Positions 26,301-35,128 of a stretch of DNA of 64,000 bases are shown here, piece after piece. The stretch covers positions 32-64,031 of the IMG/VR virus record IMGVR_UViG_3300037471_000673; one strand, given 5' to 3'. The notes under the pieces were generated by a model. That model did not search any database and was not told the origin of the DNA. It saw nothing but the letters and a program-made list of their open reading frames with translations. Position 1 is the first letter of the stretch. The number at the start of each line of letters is the position of its first letter. Source of the stretch: a virus. Lineage: Duplodnaviria > Caudoviricetes. Both the position numbers and the translations under genes were made by a program.

Positions 26301-27068
26301 GTAGTTGTTCTCGATGGCGGCACTTGTCGCCGCCTGCGCTGCGTTCAGGCCCACAGCCTCGCCGACCGAAAGCGGCAACTGCTTCAGGAACGGCATAAGC
26401 GTGCCGTTCGTGCCGGTAAGCGCGGCCATCGTCTCTTGCGCGAGCGGGGCGCCTTCCGACTGGAAGATCGACCCCATGGCCTGCCCGAAACGCCCGAGCA
26501 GCTTTCCGCCCACGAAGCCGAGGGCGGTCTGGGAAGCGAAGGTCTGCGCTGCGTTCAGGCGCGCCGCGGTCTGGGCCACATCGGGTGCCACGCCTGCCTT
26601 CTCGGCTTTCTCCAGCGTGGCTTGCCCCTGCTGCGCGCCGAACAGCGCACCGGCACCTGCAATCGCTGCACCACCTGCGAGGAGCGGAGAGGCCCCCAGC
26701 GCGCTGGCACCGGCACCGATAGCCAGCGGTACCCCAGCGGCCGGCGCCAACATCTCGGCACCAGATGCCAGTGCGTTGGTAACCATGCCGTGCTCGCCGG
26801 GCTGCAGCATCAACCCCGGCGCTTGCCCGCGCTCGGTCGCATTGTCGATGAGCGCACGAGCAAACTCGTGCACACCGCTGCCCGGTGTGGTGGCGTACTG
26901 AAGCGCCTGACCAGCGAGAGTGGGCAGCCCTACGAGCGCGCCGCGCGCGAGGCCCGTTGCGACTTCTGCGACAGGCCCGCGTGGTGGTGCGGGCGGCACC
27001 GGCACCGCTTGGCTTGGGTCGAACTGCCCGGGGGCTAGTGTCGCTTGGCTCGGATCGAACTCGGCCAT
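20331..27068 (-). CDS. Large internal virion/ejection (polyvalent-type) protein with zincin motif
   Basis: 2245 aa; N-terminal FDPSQA x2; TLLHEATHAAT...EFVAEL metallopeptidase motif. Confidence 0.8.
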   Translation of the reverse strand: MAEFDPSQATLAPGQFDPSQAVPVPPAPPRGPVAEVATGLARGALVGLPTLAGQALQYATTPGSGVHEFARALIDNATERGQAPGLMLQPGEHGMVTNALASGAEMLAPAAGVPLAIGAGASALGASPLLAGGAAIAGAGALFGAQQGQATLEKAEKAGVAPDVAQTAARLNAAQTFASQTALGFVGGKLLGRFGQAMGSIFQSEGAPLAQETMAALTGTNGTLMPFLKQLPLSVGEAVGLNAAQAATSAAIENNYGIDNTSPAEAAKDTIGASLGMTALMTPLGLVARAAAVRSAQTRTFTLANGDSPPEIRSQLAGEYAAALQKVDPQAAGAFRLNANIAIQHRLHMDVDSSLLQPGAVTVPMPEPEAPAPVQPQPSGPPLLGRDPQAGQMVVFPDGTTGFRSDVENYVAGLPEDQQVAARAKLLGYGAQEVDNSIPKDALDLHAQVKQALADGGVAPAAPMSRKDFYASDAAKDLKGQERAKAYRDYLASPDTQRDLMRQDADAYDKLQESLAQQRASEEAAATTPRNPPPVDTQAESTPGVPAMAAAMTEALKKRDVDAAFAQQEATKKAQLDAIQNIAHGEALAQAAERGELKPDVNAPKTKDALVADWHEAMAANDMDTKAQARVPFEKRLDALGIDKMATHQEQIDAIRSVADDKKVSQGMRDRMSMLADKLQAEMPAKEPEPVPVEKTEAAAAKTDTQVAAEPGTQTGRQAVLEGLKQPGATRVEVLGQLRDRAQAEAADLVAHPDEAKAEQLQTKLDHLAAVEPKAKELDAADALGEPPAQAAALGENIAPRPPGVSGMPDNIPPKPPKVSKAKMTLSERRDARARAQAEKEAAPPPSNEEFQGDSGVRSLSELADETADRIAALRAEFTARMRAGEKLSPLEQERFNDLTGAAHSIGAYTEGKASPSDAAYVNFISHFVYEASKPYTRTKRGTTGTDEILSRLGGPTMEHPDQVNPALLVPAAYSHKVADVLAHLSENGSHPWVRELAAKLEKLLPETGIVAGREVLTVGTSNDGAPLLQVATYNHRDNMIRINAASESTLLHEATHAATVSQLDRAAQLLRGAKVIDQRDAQLKAAALDLTQAMHEAARLPGADGQYGMTDVREFVAELHANAQFREFLKQAPTLWGRVVNAIRRLLGMSERESPLLERALDASEPFFSENRIAADFSSTPAHAADAFTGALNRVIMAADNERTPFAKLSEKAFAAVLPLKTVDFIAHQIRGIPEMVASGFSRGVDAFQAANTSHRVASEHLNLAGSRYIGALERSLRETGDAAKAQQLQREMAIIGGEASRVGFDYRKNGRDNIAADPTLNAADKPYMDEIHRRFTQLQRQHPELAKALEDGERLNRAALINKVSTLAANIMDARAGVARRLAAELQRMDPADARLAQLQAQVKATTLESTFAAQHSPLLDFMDRSLRTAKNPDPVRFADGASAVLGQRLANAFQAAAQLPVGTPLREHMKALADLYFAQVKNPYFSLGRDGDYFVKLNFKGVDAAANARIQKALEGTNKVVGDLTRGDSHAFFRVDSIDEARALHDRLLLAGQDKIESGSSYGLLAEHPNEASGVAPALRSLLSSLDDTVANTPGLRADQAALMKASIARQVMSMLPETAARSANMQRRGVPGYDANFANSFARRAGAAVHETAGLYTNRAYMDAARQRSEAIEQLNKTGSLEGRVRAQQVDSEIGKRFADMMKPTGNSIVSAATSLSHSFYLGLSPAFFLRTMAQPWHRGIPITGSKFGYAQAVRELAGATPVAMKIVANSIRAAVAKDGARGLIGAPIELKDLDLPANEQAFLEELHLRGVLDLGESQQLMKAAEAAGTRKYKDLLRMASVTAQLSEMSNRLVMGLSAFRLAEQRPGLLGKETSTDYAIRAINLAMDNFDPANTDRATGRHGVAGPLTPLFTQFMKYALQTMQQIARTTHDGFFGQDKSPEGLQRATEARREFAGLMATTAMVSGALGLPFANAFAGIYNNFMRDEDKPEDVRISIRNWADTVFGHDVAGLLMHGLPNLAGVDSSTFGLQGILPGSDFLASRMLWKDRSEAQARSMLGPAVSLGLDLGDAFSKMSDGYWLKGIEAALPVGLRTYFKAEELARLGHYTDSKGNPIPLKPGAGDVAWRALGFQTADKAEQGEAARDFYTNQQLLKHRRDVIVDNFYKGVSDPSKIAQASQDMQAFNAKNPTQPITGQEIGSAIRGRTMAYMLGLASGTGVSASKRQYPALTASERFAAMPTQ

Positions 27069-28163
27069 TTACTTCACCGGCAGCCAGATGTCGTTGCCGG
27101 CTGCATCCTTACCACCATACTTGCGCTGCTCGCCACCGGACTGGTAGATCATGTCTTTCACATAGGTTTTCGGCTTGCTCGCGCTGATGGGGGTAATCGG
27201 CGATGCCCCTACTCGTGCTCCGTATGTCGTGGTCGTCCCCATCGGCATGCCGCCGGGGCCGTACGTCGTCTCTGTTCCAATGGGCTGCGCAGTGTTGTCG
27301 AACTCGTGCTGTTTCTCGCCAAGTTCTGCGCTCCTCAAACTCATCTGCGTCGCAGCATTGAGGGCAGTTTGTCGAGTCCCGAAAGTACCCGTGTTGATCG
27401 CGTTAGCCCCACTCACGTTCTCGCGCGCCGGGTCCATGTTGCCGAACGCGTGCATGAGCGACTGCAGGTGACCACCCGCATTGCGCGGATCGCCGTAACT
27501 GGAAGCAGCTTGCATCAGGATCGGCAAAATCCTCTGCACGTACGCCACGTGCTGGTCGATCCCTGCCTGTGTTGCAAGTGTGGGATCGATGATGCCGCCC
27601 CCCGTCGCACCGGCAGCCTGCGCAGGCGTCGGCGGGGATGCCGGTGCTGGTGCAGGCGCCTGCATCGTCAGCGTCTTGCCCGCCGTGCCATCGGCGTTCA
27701 GCGTCGTCTTGGTGATGCTTCCAACCGGCGATACCGCCCCGCCGGTCAGTGGCGCCGGGGCCGCAGCTGCTGCAGGCGAGGCTACGTTCGTGCTCGGCGT
27801 CGCCGATAGTGCGGGCGCAGGCGCAGGCACGACCGGCGGCGGCGCAGTCTTGGGCATCGCCGCCGTGGCCGCATCGCCCCAGTTGCCGCCCACGGAGCCC
27901 GTGTTCTTCGCCAGCACATCGGAGAACGGCGTCATCGAGGTGCTGTCGCCCGTGGGGCCGAACGCCTGCTTGGGGATGTAGGGGATGTTGGTGCCCACCG
28001 GCAGCACCGTGTTCACCCCGCGGATTGCGGAATTGGCCGCGCCGAAAATCGCGCGCCACGGTAACGTGGTGACATCCTTGGCTGCCGCGATAGGGGTGGC
28101 CAACGCCGCCCGATCCGCGAGCTTTTGCGTGTCTTGGGGAGAAAGAACGTCGGCCATGGCCAT
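27069..28163 (-). CDS. Internal virion/ejection protein, Ala/Pro-rich
   Basis: Directly upstream of the large ejection protein; low complexity. Confidence 0.65.
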   Translation of the reverse strand: MAMADVLSPQDTQKLADRAALATPIAAAKDVTTLPWRAIFGAANSAIRGVNTVLPVGTNIPYIPKQAFGPTGDSTSMTPFSDVLAKNTGSVGGNWGDAATAAMPKTAPPPVVPAPAPALSATPSTNVASPAAAAAPAPLTGGAVSPVGSITKTTLNADGTAGKTLTMQAPAPAPASPPTPAQAAGATGGGIIDPTLATQAGIDQHVAYVQRILPILMQAASSYGDPRNAGGHLQSLMHAFGNMDPARENVSGANAINTGTFGTRQTALNAATQMSLRSAELGEKQHEFDNTAQPIGTETTYGPGGMPMGTTTTYGARVGASPITPISASKPKTYVKDMIYQSGGEQRKYGGKDAAGNDIWLPVK

Positions 28164-28167
28164 TCCT

Positions 28168-30147
28168 CTACGGGTTGTACTGCGTGATCGTTTCGGTAAT
28201 CGTCGACGAGCTGTCCTGCGCGGAGACTTGCGCCGACAGGTTGGTGGAGTTGTTCGCTTGGTAGCCCTCGGAGGCAGAGCCCTGCGCGTGCATGCCAGCG
28301 GAGAAGTTGAACCCCGCGAGCGCCGATCCGGCCACCTGCGCGGAGACCTGCCCGCCGGACTTGGCGGCTTCGACGAGCAGCGAAAGCTGCTGCATGAACT
28401 TTTGCAGGTTCGCCTTCAGCACCTCGACATCGGCATTGAGCTGCGCGATCGCAACATCTGCCTGCGCCTTGTACTGGGTCACCTCGGCGTTCACCCGCGT
28501 GCCTTCGCCGCGGGCTGCAACGTCGAACACATTGGCGCGCGTACTGTAGGTCTGGTTGCGTGCGCTAACCCGCGTTCCTTCAGCTTCGCTGAGCACGCGG
28601 AACACGTCGGCGCCTGTCTTGTAGACCTCCAGCGGCACGCGCTGTTTGATATCAAGTTCGATCTTCTTGGACTCGACCTGCGCGGTGACGCCTGCGCTGT
28701 AGCCTTGCACTTGCTGCCCGTACGCTTCGGCCAGCGTCTTGAAGATGTCCGACTTGATTTGCTCACCCTGCATCAGCGTGGCAAAGCCTTGGTACTCCGT
28801 GGCCTTGGCACGCACACGCGCCTCGTAGCCAGAAACCAGCGCAGCGAACGCTTCGATCTGGGTCTTGTTGACCGTCGCCTGCGCATTCGCTGCAGCGACT
28901 TCCGCCGTGAACAGATCGATGATCGTACGCAGCGCTCCAACGCGCTGCGTGTAGATGCTGATTGCCTGCTCGTTGATCGTGCCGATCAGGCGTTGCGCCT
29001 CGATCTCGGACTTGTAGACCTCCAGCTTAGCCAGCTCGGCCTGCAGTGTTTCACGGAATGCCTGCACCTGCGCGTTGTATGCCTCGACGTCGTGCCCGTA
29101 CCGCGCCACCACTTCGCGAAAGATGTCGATCGCGACTTGCTGTGCGAACTTTGCAGCTTCCAGCGCGCGTGCTGCGATCATCCCTTGGTACTGGATGAAT
29201 CCCTCTTCGAGCTTCCACGCCTGTTCCATCGCGAAGCGACGGTTCGTTTGCTCCAGATTGGCCTGCGCGATCATGATCTCACGCGACTTGCCAACCAGCG
29301 TGCTTTGCTGCTCCTGCAGCGCGTCACCAATCTCAATGGCCATCGCACCCGGGGGGCGCGTGAAGCCGGAACGTGCGAAGTCGCGCACCACCGACTCAAT
29401 CTTGCGATTGGTGATGACCGTCTCGCGCTGGCGCTCGCGCTCGAAAAGAGCCGCTTCAACAGTCGGGTCAAGCCCCGTATTCGTTCCGGATACCCACGTC
29501 TGCAAGATCGTGCGCAGGCTGGTCAGCAGCGTGGAGGTGTAGGCCGTCTCGTTGAAACCAAACACGTTGCCCGGCGCCGTGGGTGCCGTGGGCGCCACGG
29601 CCGTGAACGACGGTAGATCGAGCAGCGGCGCTGTCGGCACGTTGATCGGCAGCAGCGACGGCACATCGGGCAGCGTCAGCGTCGGCGAGGTGGGCAGCGA
29701 CACCGAGTCCAGTGTTGGTGCTGCCGGCGGCGACATGTCCAGCGGTGTAGGAACCGCGGGGGGCGTGAACGTCGGCGCGGCCGCCGTGAACGAAGGCACC
29801 GTGCCAACACTCAGGGGAGTCACGGCAGTACCGGTGAATCCTGCCGGTGCGCTGGGAGACACGAACGCAAGGTCCGTGGGCTCCACCGGAGCTGCCGGCA
29901 TCGTGAAGGGCGTGATCGTCGTGTTGATCGTGCCGATCGCGGGAACACTGGCGAACGACACCGCTGCAACTTGCACCGCGATCGCACGCATCTGGTCGAG
30001 AAACCCCGACGCTTGTGCCACCATCTCGCGTGCGAACGCCTGCGATGAATCGAGCCCTGCGTTGACGACAGACTGAACCGACGCGATCGTGGATGCTGCG
30101 GTGTTGTCGAACGGCTGCGGGGATACCGTGATATTGACGTTAGGCAC
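28168..30147 (-). CDS. Virion protein with long helical/coiled-coil C-half
   Basis: 659 aa; Pro/Thr-rich N-region followed by A/Q/E-rich helices. Confidence 0.7.
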   Translation of the reverse strand: MPNVNITVSPQPFDNTAASTIASVQSVVNAGLDSSQAFAREMVAQASGFLDQMRAIAVQVAAVSFASVPAIGTINTTITPFTMPAAPVEPTDLAFVSPSAPAGFTGTAVTPLSVGTVPSFTAAAPTFTPPAVPTPLDMSPPAAPTLDSVSLPTSPTLTLPDVPSLLPINVPTAPLLDLPSFTAVAPTAPTAPGNVFGFNETAYTSTLLTSLRTILQTWVSGTNTGLDPTVEAALFERERQRETVITNRKIESVVRDFARSGFTRPPGAMAIEIGDALQEQQSTLVGKSREIMIAQANLEQTNRRFAMEQAWKLEEGFIQYQGMIAARALEAAKFAQQVAIDIFREVVARYGHDVEAYNAQVQAFRETLQAELAKLEVYKSEIEAQRLIGTINEQAISIYTQRVGALRTIIDLFTAEVAAANAQATVNKTQIEAFAALVSGYEARVRAKATEYQGFATLMQGEQIKSDIFKTLAEAYGQQVQGYSAGVTAQVESKKIELDIKQRVPLEVYKTGADVFRVLSEAEGTRVSARNQTYSTRANVFDVAARGEGTRVNAEVTQYKAQADVAIAQLNADVEVLKANLQKFMQQLSLLVEAAKSGGQVSAQVAGSALAGFNFSAGMHAQGSASEGYQANNSTNLSAQVSAQDSSSTITETITQYNP

Positions 30148-30218
30148 GCGGGCCCTCCTGCAGAGCTACGGCATTGTATGGAACTTTTGGCCAACTGAAC
30201 AGTTCGGTCATCGAGGGC

Positions 30219-31934
30219 TCATCCCACAGTGGCAACATCGTTGAACCAGAGGTTGCTGCTATTCAGTTGCAGGACAACTTGGCCCTTGAACCACAGCACC
30301 ACCCACGAAGTCGATCCGTCGTTTACGTCCCCGATGGTCGTGCCGTCATCAGTGACGTGATTGCCCTCCCCGAAGGTGCAGCCCGCGGGGAGTGGAAGAA
30401 ACTTCACGCCACCGTTTTCCGTCCACGCCCACGGCCGGCCGGTGTCATTCGTGCCGCCACAAGTAGCCGTGCCACCATACGACACGCCATCGGTGTAAAG
30501 CTCGCCAACCGGGTGAATGGTGAATAGCGTCGGGGTCCAGCGCACTTGTGCCAAGGTTGTCCCACCTTGCGTGCCAACGTCATCGAGCACCGCTCCGTTG
30601 CTGCCGATCCACGGGCTGGCAGCATTCGGGTTTGGTATCCCGGCTGGCAGCTCCATCCACTGCACTCCAGTCGACACCGAGTACCGCATCGGCCTTTGGT
30701 CCGCGCCAAACGCGAAACCTGAGAAAAAGCCGCTGTTGTAGTAATACCCTTCAGGCTCCCATCCTGCGACCCACTTGCCGTCGATCGACACCCACGACAG
30801 AGCCACTGTGGACGAAATCGTCTGCAAAGGAACCGTGAGCTGTAGTGTGCTGCTCGGGGTGTTATACATCCCGTGAATAGCCACCGTCATTCGATCCGTC
30901 GAGCCGTCCCACGAAAACACAAGTTGCGTCTGATAGGCGAAAGCGCTCGAATAGCTCAAGTTGTATGTCGTGCCTGCGAGCCCGGTTGAAGCGCTGAAGG
31001 GTCCGTAGATAGTTGCATACGTTACTGTCGGTGGAGTCGGCGTCGGGTAGTTCGCAATGTCCGGGGACTGCGAGGCGATGAACGACATCCACTCATCGAG
31101 TGTCAGGTCGTCTCTGTAGTACACGTTATTTGGCGGGCCGCCCCACACACCTACTGTCGAAACAGTCGCACCGTCATTGATCTCAAATACAGCCATCGCA
31201 GGGATGGTGAGAGCGCCGTAGCCCGGCGAAGAAAATTGCTGCCACTCTTGAACAGCCACGCGCACCGTATGCGGGTAAGGGTTGCGAATCGGAATCGACG
31301 GCAAAGAGGGAATGACTGGTACGCCGGCGGCGAAGTCCCAGACAAGCGCCGAGCCGCTGAAGACTCGCCCCATCGGATCGAAGAAATTCCAAGTGATCCC
31401 GCTGCGGTGAAGCACCCACGCTCCACTGACCTGTTTCCACCACACGACCTCGTCGTAGCTGCCGTTGTGGAGCCACCCAACCACTGCTACCAGCACACCG
31501 CTTTTCGTAATGATCGAAGTTGCTTCCCCATCGGCACCAAACCCACCATCGGGCAAGAGCGTCGCGCCGGCACTCGTCCAGAGCGTCGGCTTCGAGAACG
31601 TCGCGATGACTTGGTATCCAGCAACGAACCAACGCGCCCCCGGTGATGTCGGCTGCGTCTCGGAAAGACCCTGCTGCGCAGCGCCCGCACTTTCCGTCGC
31701 GGTGACCGGCGGCGTGATTCTCACGATGTCGTTGCCTGCGATCGAGCTGCAGCGAATAGTCGCGCCGTCCGGCAGCACGACTACGCGGGTGTGCGCGACA
31801 CTGGCGCCCAACTGCATGAGATTTTTCAGGATGCCCAGCTGCGTGCGCGCAACACCGACATACTGCATCGACGCTGCGCGCTCCTCGGGGGACTCTCCAA
31901 AGAAGAAATGAATCCCGCTGAGATACTCACGCAT
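30219..31934 (-). CDS. Tail-associated/receptor-binding protein (beta-rich C-terminus)
   Basis: Conserved-looking N-terminus (VVVLPDGATIRC) followed by an aromatic, beta-strand-rich region. Confidence 0.65.
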   Translation of the reverse strand: MREYLSGIHFFFGESPEERAASMQYVGVARTQLGILKNLMQLGASVAHTRVVVLPDGATIRCSSIAGNDIVRITPPVTATESAGAAQQGLSETQPTSPGARWFVAGYQVIATFSKPTLWTSAGATLLPDGGFGADGEATSIITKSGVLVAVVGWLHNGSYDEVVWWKQVSGAWVLHRSGITWNFFDPMGRVFSGSALVWDFAAGVPVIPSLPSIPIRNPYPHTVRVAVQEWQQFSSPGYGALTIPAMAVFEINDGATVSTVGVWGGPPNNVYYRDDLTLDEWMSFIASQSPDIANYPTPTPPTVTYATIYGPFSASTGLAGTTYNLSYSSAFAYQTQLVFSWDGSTDRMTVAIHGMYNTPSSTLQLTVPLQTISSTVALSWVSIDGKWVAGWEPEGYYYNSGFFSGFAFGADQRPMRYSVSTGVQWMELPAGIPNPNAASPWIGSNGAVLDDVGTQGGTTLAQVRWTPTLFTIHPVGELYTDGVSYGGTATCGGTNDTGRPWAWTENGGVKFLPLPAGCTFGEGNHVTDDGTTIGDVNDGSTSWVVLWFKGQVVLQLNSSNLWFNDVATVG

Positions 31935-33087
31935 CGCCGCCACCGACACGGCGCGGCAACTTGATCAGCTTGGGCTCGACGATATCAAGACTGAAATCGC
32001 TGCCGTCGCGGTTGCGGATTTCAAACTGCCAGTAGCGCGCTTCCAGCCCGCGCCCGAGCTTCACATGCGCGCCATGCAGCCCCGGATCGCTTGGCGCTGC
32101 GATCGCATAGTCGCGCGTCCAGCGCTCGTCGGTAATCACGCGCAGCAGCATGCGCCCGCTGGCCCGCATGCCGATGTAGACGCGCTCGACGCGCTTCAAG
32201 TGCGAAGTGCCGAAGTCGGTAATACCGACACGGGCAGCAGACTGGATGGGCGCCCCGTTGTCCGTCGACCCGGACAGCGTGAACACGCCAGCATCACTCG
32301 CGCCCAAGAACACGCCGTTGAACGCCGCGAAGGAGTTGAAGGGGTAGTTCGTGTATTGCGTCAGCGCCTGCCGCTCGGTGTGCATGACAAGAGCCATCGA
32401 GCCGCCGATGCGCGTCGGCACCCCCACCATGTGCAGATACATCGCCGGCAGCGCCAGCGCAAACGACCCGCTCAAGGGCCCGTAGCCCGTCATCCCCAGC
32501 CGGAAGGGCGGCAGCTGCAGCGCCACGACCCCCGCCGTGCCGGTGGCGCCGGACAGGGACATCGCCGCACCGCGCAGCGCCAGCGCCAACCGACCGCTGG
32601 TGGCCGTGACACCCGCGAACGCGAAGGGCGCTGGCGGCAGCGCAATCGCGAGATCGCCGACACTGGGGACCGCCGATGCCAGCGCTACGCGCAGCGGTGG
32701 CAGCGCGAGCCTCAGATCGCCGACTTCGGCCGTGGCTCCTGTCAGCGCAAGGCTAAAGGCCGGGAGTGCCAGTGCGAACCGATCGGGGCCCTGCATCGAC
32801 AGCTGCAGGGGCGGGAACGTAAGATCGAACGTGCCGACGCTCGGCACCACGCCTGTCGCCGAAACCCGCGGCGCGGGCAGGCGCAGCTGCAGATCGCCCG
32901 CTTGCGCGGAGATGCCTGCCATCGATACGCGGAAGGCTGGCAGGCGCAGCCGCATCGACTGCGGTGTGGATGCGACCCCGAGTGTCCCCAGCCCGACCGA
33001 CAGGCTGACGCCGGTCAGCCTGATCGAGACATTGGCTTTGACAGTCCCAGTCGCACTGGTGACGGCTACGCCGGTCAGTGCGGGCAT
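31927..33087 (-). CDS. Virion structural protein with LxLxLP repeats
   Basis: Repeated GDLxLALPP motifs; C-terminal GRGLEARYWQFEI. Confidence 0.7.
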   Translation of the reverse strand: MPALTGVAVTSATGTVKANVSIRLTGVSLSVGLGTLGVASTPQSMRLRLPAFRVSMAGISAQAGDLQLRLPAPRVSATGVVPSVGTFDLTFPPLQLSMQGPDRFALALPAFSLALTGATAEVGDLRLALPPLRVALASAVPSVGDLAIALPPAPFAFAGVTATSGRLALALRGAAMSLSGATGTAGVVALQLPPFRLGMTGYGPLSGSFALALPAMYLHMVGVPTRIGGSMALVMHTERQALTQYTNYPFNSFAAFNGVFLGASDAGVFTLSGSTDNGAPIQSAARVGITDFGTSHLKRVERVYIGMRASGRMLLRVITDERWTRDYAIAAPSDPGLHGAHVKLGRGLEARYWQFEIRNRDGSDFSLDIVEPKLIKLPRRVGGGDA

Positions 33088-33097
33088 AGGCTAGTCC

Positions 33098-33874
33098 TTA
33101 CGCCGACGTCGGAACGGTCCCCGTCCCCGACTGGATGACGGTCGGCACGCTGACCGCGAAGTTGGTGTTGTTCAAGCTCAGCTCCGCGCCCGCGGTAGCG
33201 ACCGCGCCATCGACACGCAGCTTGGTGCCGGTAGTGTCGAGCGCCCCAGCATCAGCCACGCTGCCGTAGAAGCGGAACCAACCGGCCAGCCCGGCGGCGG
33301 CGTTGACACCCGACCACGTTTGGCCGGAGCGCTTGGAAATAACACCGGCCGCCGCGGCGCTGAACTTCAGCCCGTTGACCGCCGTGACGCCGCCTGAGAA
33401 GTTGACGTACGACGCGGTGATCGTGGTGAGCGTCGCCGACACCGCCGTTCCGTTAATGTTCGCGCCTTGCCCCGGCAGCGGAGTGAGCGTGATCACCGCA
33501 CCCACAGCGTTCGCGGTGAAACCCGGCTCGATGTTGTTGGCGTTGATCTGCGCTGCAACATCCGAGGCAGTCTGGGAGAGTGTGGAGTTGAAAGGCACCG
33601 CACCACCAAGGATGTCGTTGCCGCCAACCGTCACCGTGTTCACCGACCCGCTCGCGCCGCCCGTAAGCGTCACCGTCGCGGTGGCCAGCACTTCAGCGGT
33701 TCGCGCCTGCGAATTGTCGGTGATCGTGCACAGCAGCGTGCCGGTCTCGGCCGCGTCCGCGGAGGCGGGCTGCGTGCCGGTGAAAATCTTCATGCACCCA
33801 CCATTGAGTGCGTCGGCATACCCACCGTACTTCGCGATGAAGTTTGCCATCCCTGTGGAGATTCGCGTCGTCAT
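33098..33874 (-). CDS. Virion structural protein
   Basis: IFTGTQPASADAA...AGWFRF motif of tail-region proteins. Confidence 0.75.
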   Translation of the reverse strand: MTTRISTGMANFIAKYGGYADALNGGCMKIFTGTQPASADAAETGTLLCTITDNSQARTAEVLATATVTLTGGASGSVNTVTVGGNDILGGAVPFNSTLSQTASDVAAQINANNIEPGFTANAVGAVITLTPLPGQGANINGTAVSATLTTITASYVNFSGGVTAVNGLKFSAAAAGVISKRSGQTWSGVNAAAGLAGWFRFYGSVADAGALDTTGTKLRVDGAVATAGAELSLNNTNFAVSVPTVIQSGTGTVPTSA

Positions 33875-33884
33875 GGTGTGGCTC

Positions 33885-35126
33885 CTATAAGTTTGCCGTT
33901 GCGATAAACCTGTTCACGGTCGGCATGAACAACGCCGCGCCCTGCCCCGTCGCAGGAAAAGTAAACGTAGAACGCGTGAGATTATTAATCATCAAGTCCG
34001 GCATGCCAACACACACTCCCTGCGTGGAAAGCCACATTGGGAGTCGCTGCACACCAGCCTCGCCTTTATGAAAGAGCGCGCCGTCAACATAGTCCATGGC
34101 GCCGAACACCGCCCCGTATTCCGCCTTGGCCACGTACTGCCACGCGTCCGTGTCGGTGCCGGCGATGATGCCGGTGGAGCGATCCGTGCCAATGAAAATG
34201 CCGCTTTCGCGGCTCGGGCCGTCGTTGCGATCCTTCGCGTCGAACGGTGCAAGCAACGTGATGCGCCCATCGAGTTGAACGTAACGCCGCAAATTGAACC
34301 GCTCGTAGGCGTACGCGTCGGAGATGTAGAGCGTGTCTTCCGCGGCCACGAGCATCTGGCCGCGGAAGAAAGCAACCAGCTGCCCCGCGGGCGCCGGTTG
34401 GCGAAACTGGGTCTTTAGCGGATACGACAGCGCGCTCGGATCGCTCGTCCACGTGAGGCTGGTCTGGGCGTTGTTCATGGCCACAGCCTCGAACGGCACT
34501 TCCGCATTCGGCGGCGACAGGTACAAGACCTTGCCGACAACATCAGGATGTGCGGACACCGGAAGCGCGAACACGATCCCGCTGTTGTAGCCGAGCGTGA
34601 TCTGGCCACACAGCGCTGCGCCAGACTCCTGCCCATCACCGCGCAGCCACGTCATCGTGAACTGGTACGTGCCGGCAGGCATGGAGCCGGACGTCGCCGA
34701 CGCATCGGGCGCGGGCGCTTGCGGCAGACCCCAGCTGCGTGCGGCGCCGTTTTCGTACACGCCGACATCCTGCCCGTTGCTGTAGTAGACCCTGTTGCCG
34801 ACGCGTTCGTACGACATGCGCGCGTTGCTGGCAAGGCTCGTGACGAAGACCTCGCTCCAGTCAGGCATGATGCGGTACAGCGCCTGCGCGCGCACCCGAA
34901 AGCACATCTCCTGCAACTGATCCGACCACAACGAGTGCGACGCCTGTGCGAAAAGGGATGCGTAGCCCGCGCGCCGCGTGATGCGTCCGGACTTGTCGAT
35001 ATCGATGTTGTCCCCAACGGTCAGATCGCCAAGATCGAAGCGCTCTGGCGTCACGTCACTGCGCAGGCCGTTGAAGGCCGTGTACGCGACGACGTCTTGG
35101 TCACGCTGCAGCTGTTGTGTCGCCAT
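33885..35126 (-). CDS. Tail tubular/stabilisation protein (nozzle-like)
   Basis: FNGL...NIDID..GRI.RR.G N-terminus and beta-propeller-like body, next to the adaptor. Confidence 0.65.
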   Translation of the reverse strand: MATQQLQRDQDVVAYTAFNGLRSDVTPERFDLGDLTVGDNIDIDKSGRITRRAGYASLFAQASHSLWSDQLQEMCFRVRAQALYRIMPDWSEVFVTSLASNARMSYERVGNRVYYSNGQDVGVYENGAARSWGLPQAPAPDASATSGSMPAGTYQFTMTWLRGDGQESGAALCGQITLGYNSGIVFALPVSAHPDVVGKVLYLSPPNAEVPFEAVAMNNAQTSLTWTSDPSALSYPLKTQFRQPAPAGQLVAFFRGQMLVAAEDTLYISDAYAYERFNLRRYVQLDGRITLLAPFDAKDRNDGPSRESGIFIGTDRSTGIIAGTDTDAWQYVAKAEYGAVFGAMDYVDGALFHKGEAGVQRLPMWLSTQGVCVGMPDLMINNLTRSTFTFPATGQGAALFMPTVNRFIATANL

Positions 35127-35128
35127 GA

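Noticed and set aside
20331-27068. N4-like virion RNA polymerase, suggested by the N4-gp56-type capsid and the hairpin-like dyads
   Set aside because: I found no T7-like RNAP motifs in the 2245-aa protein, and the early genes have consensus host sigma70 promoters.
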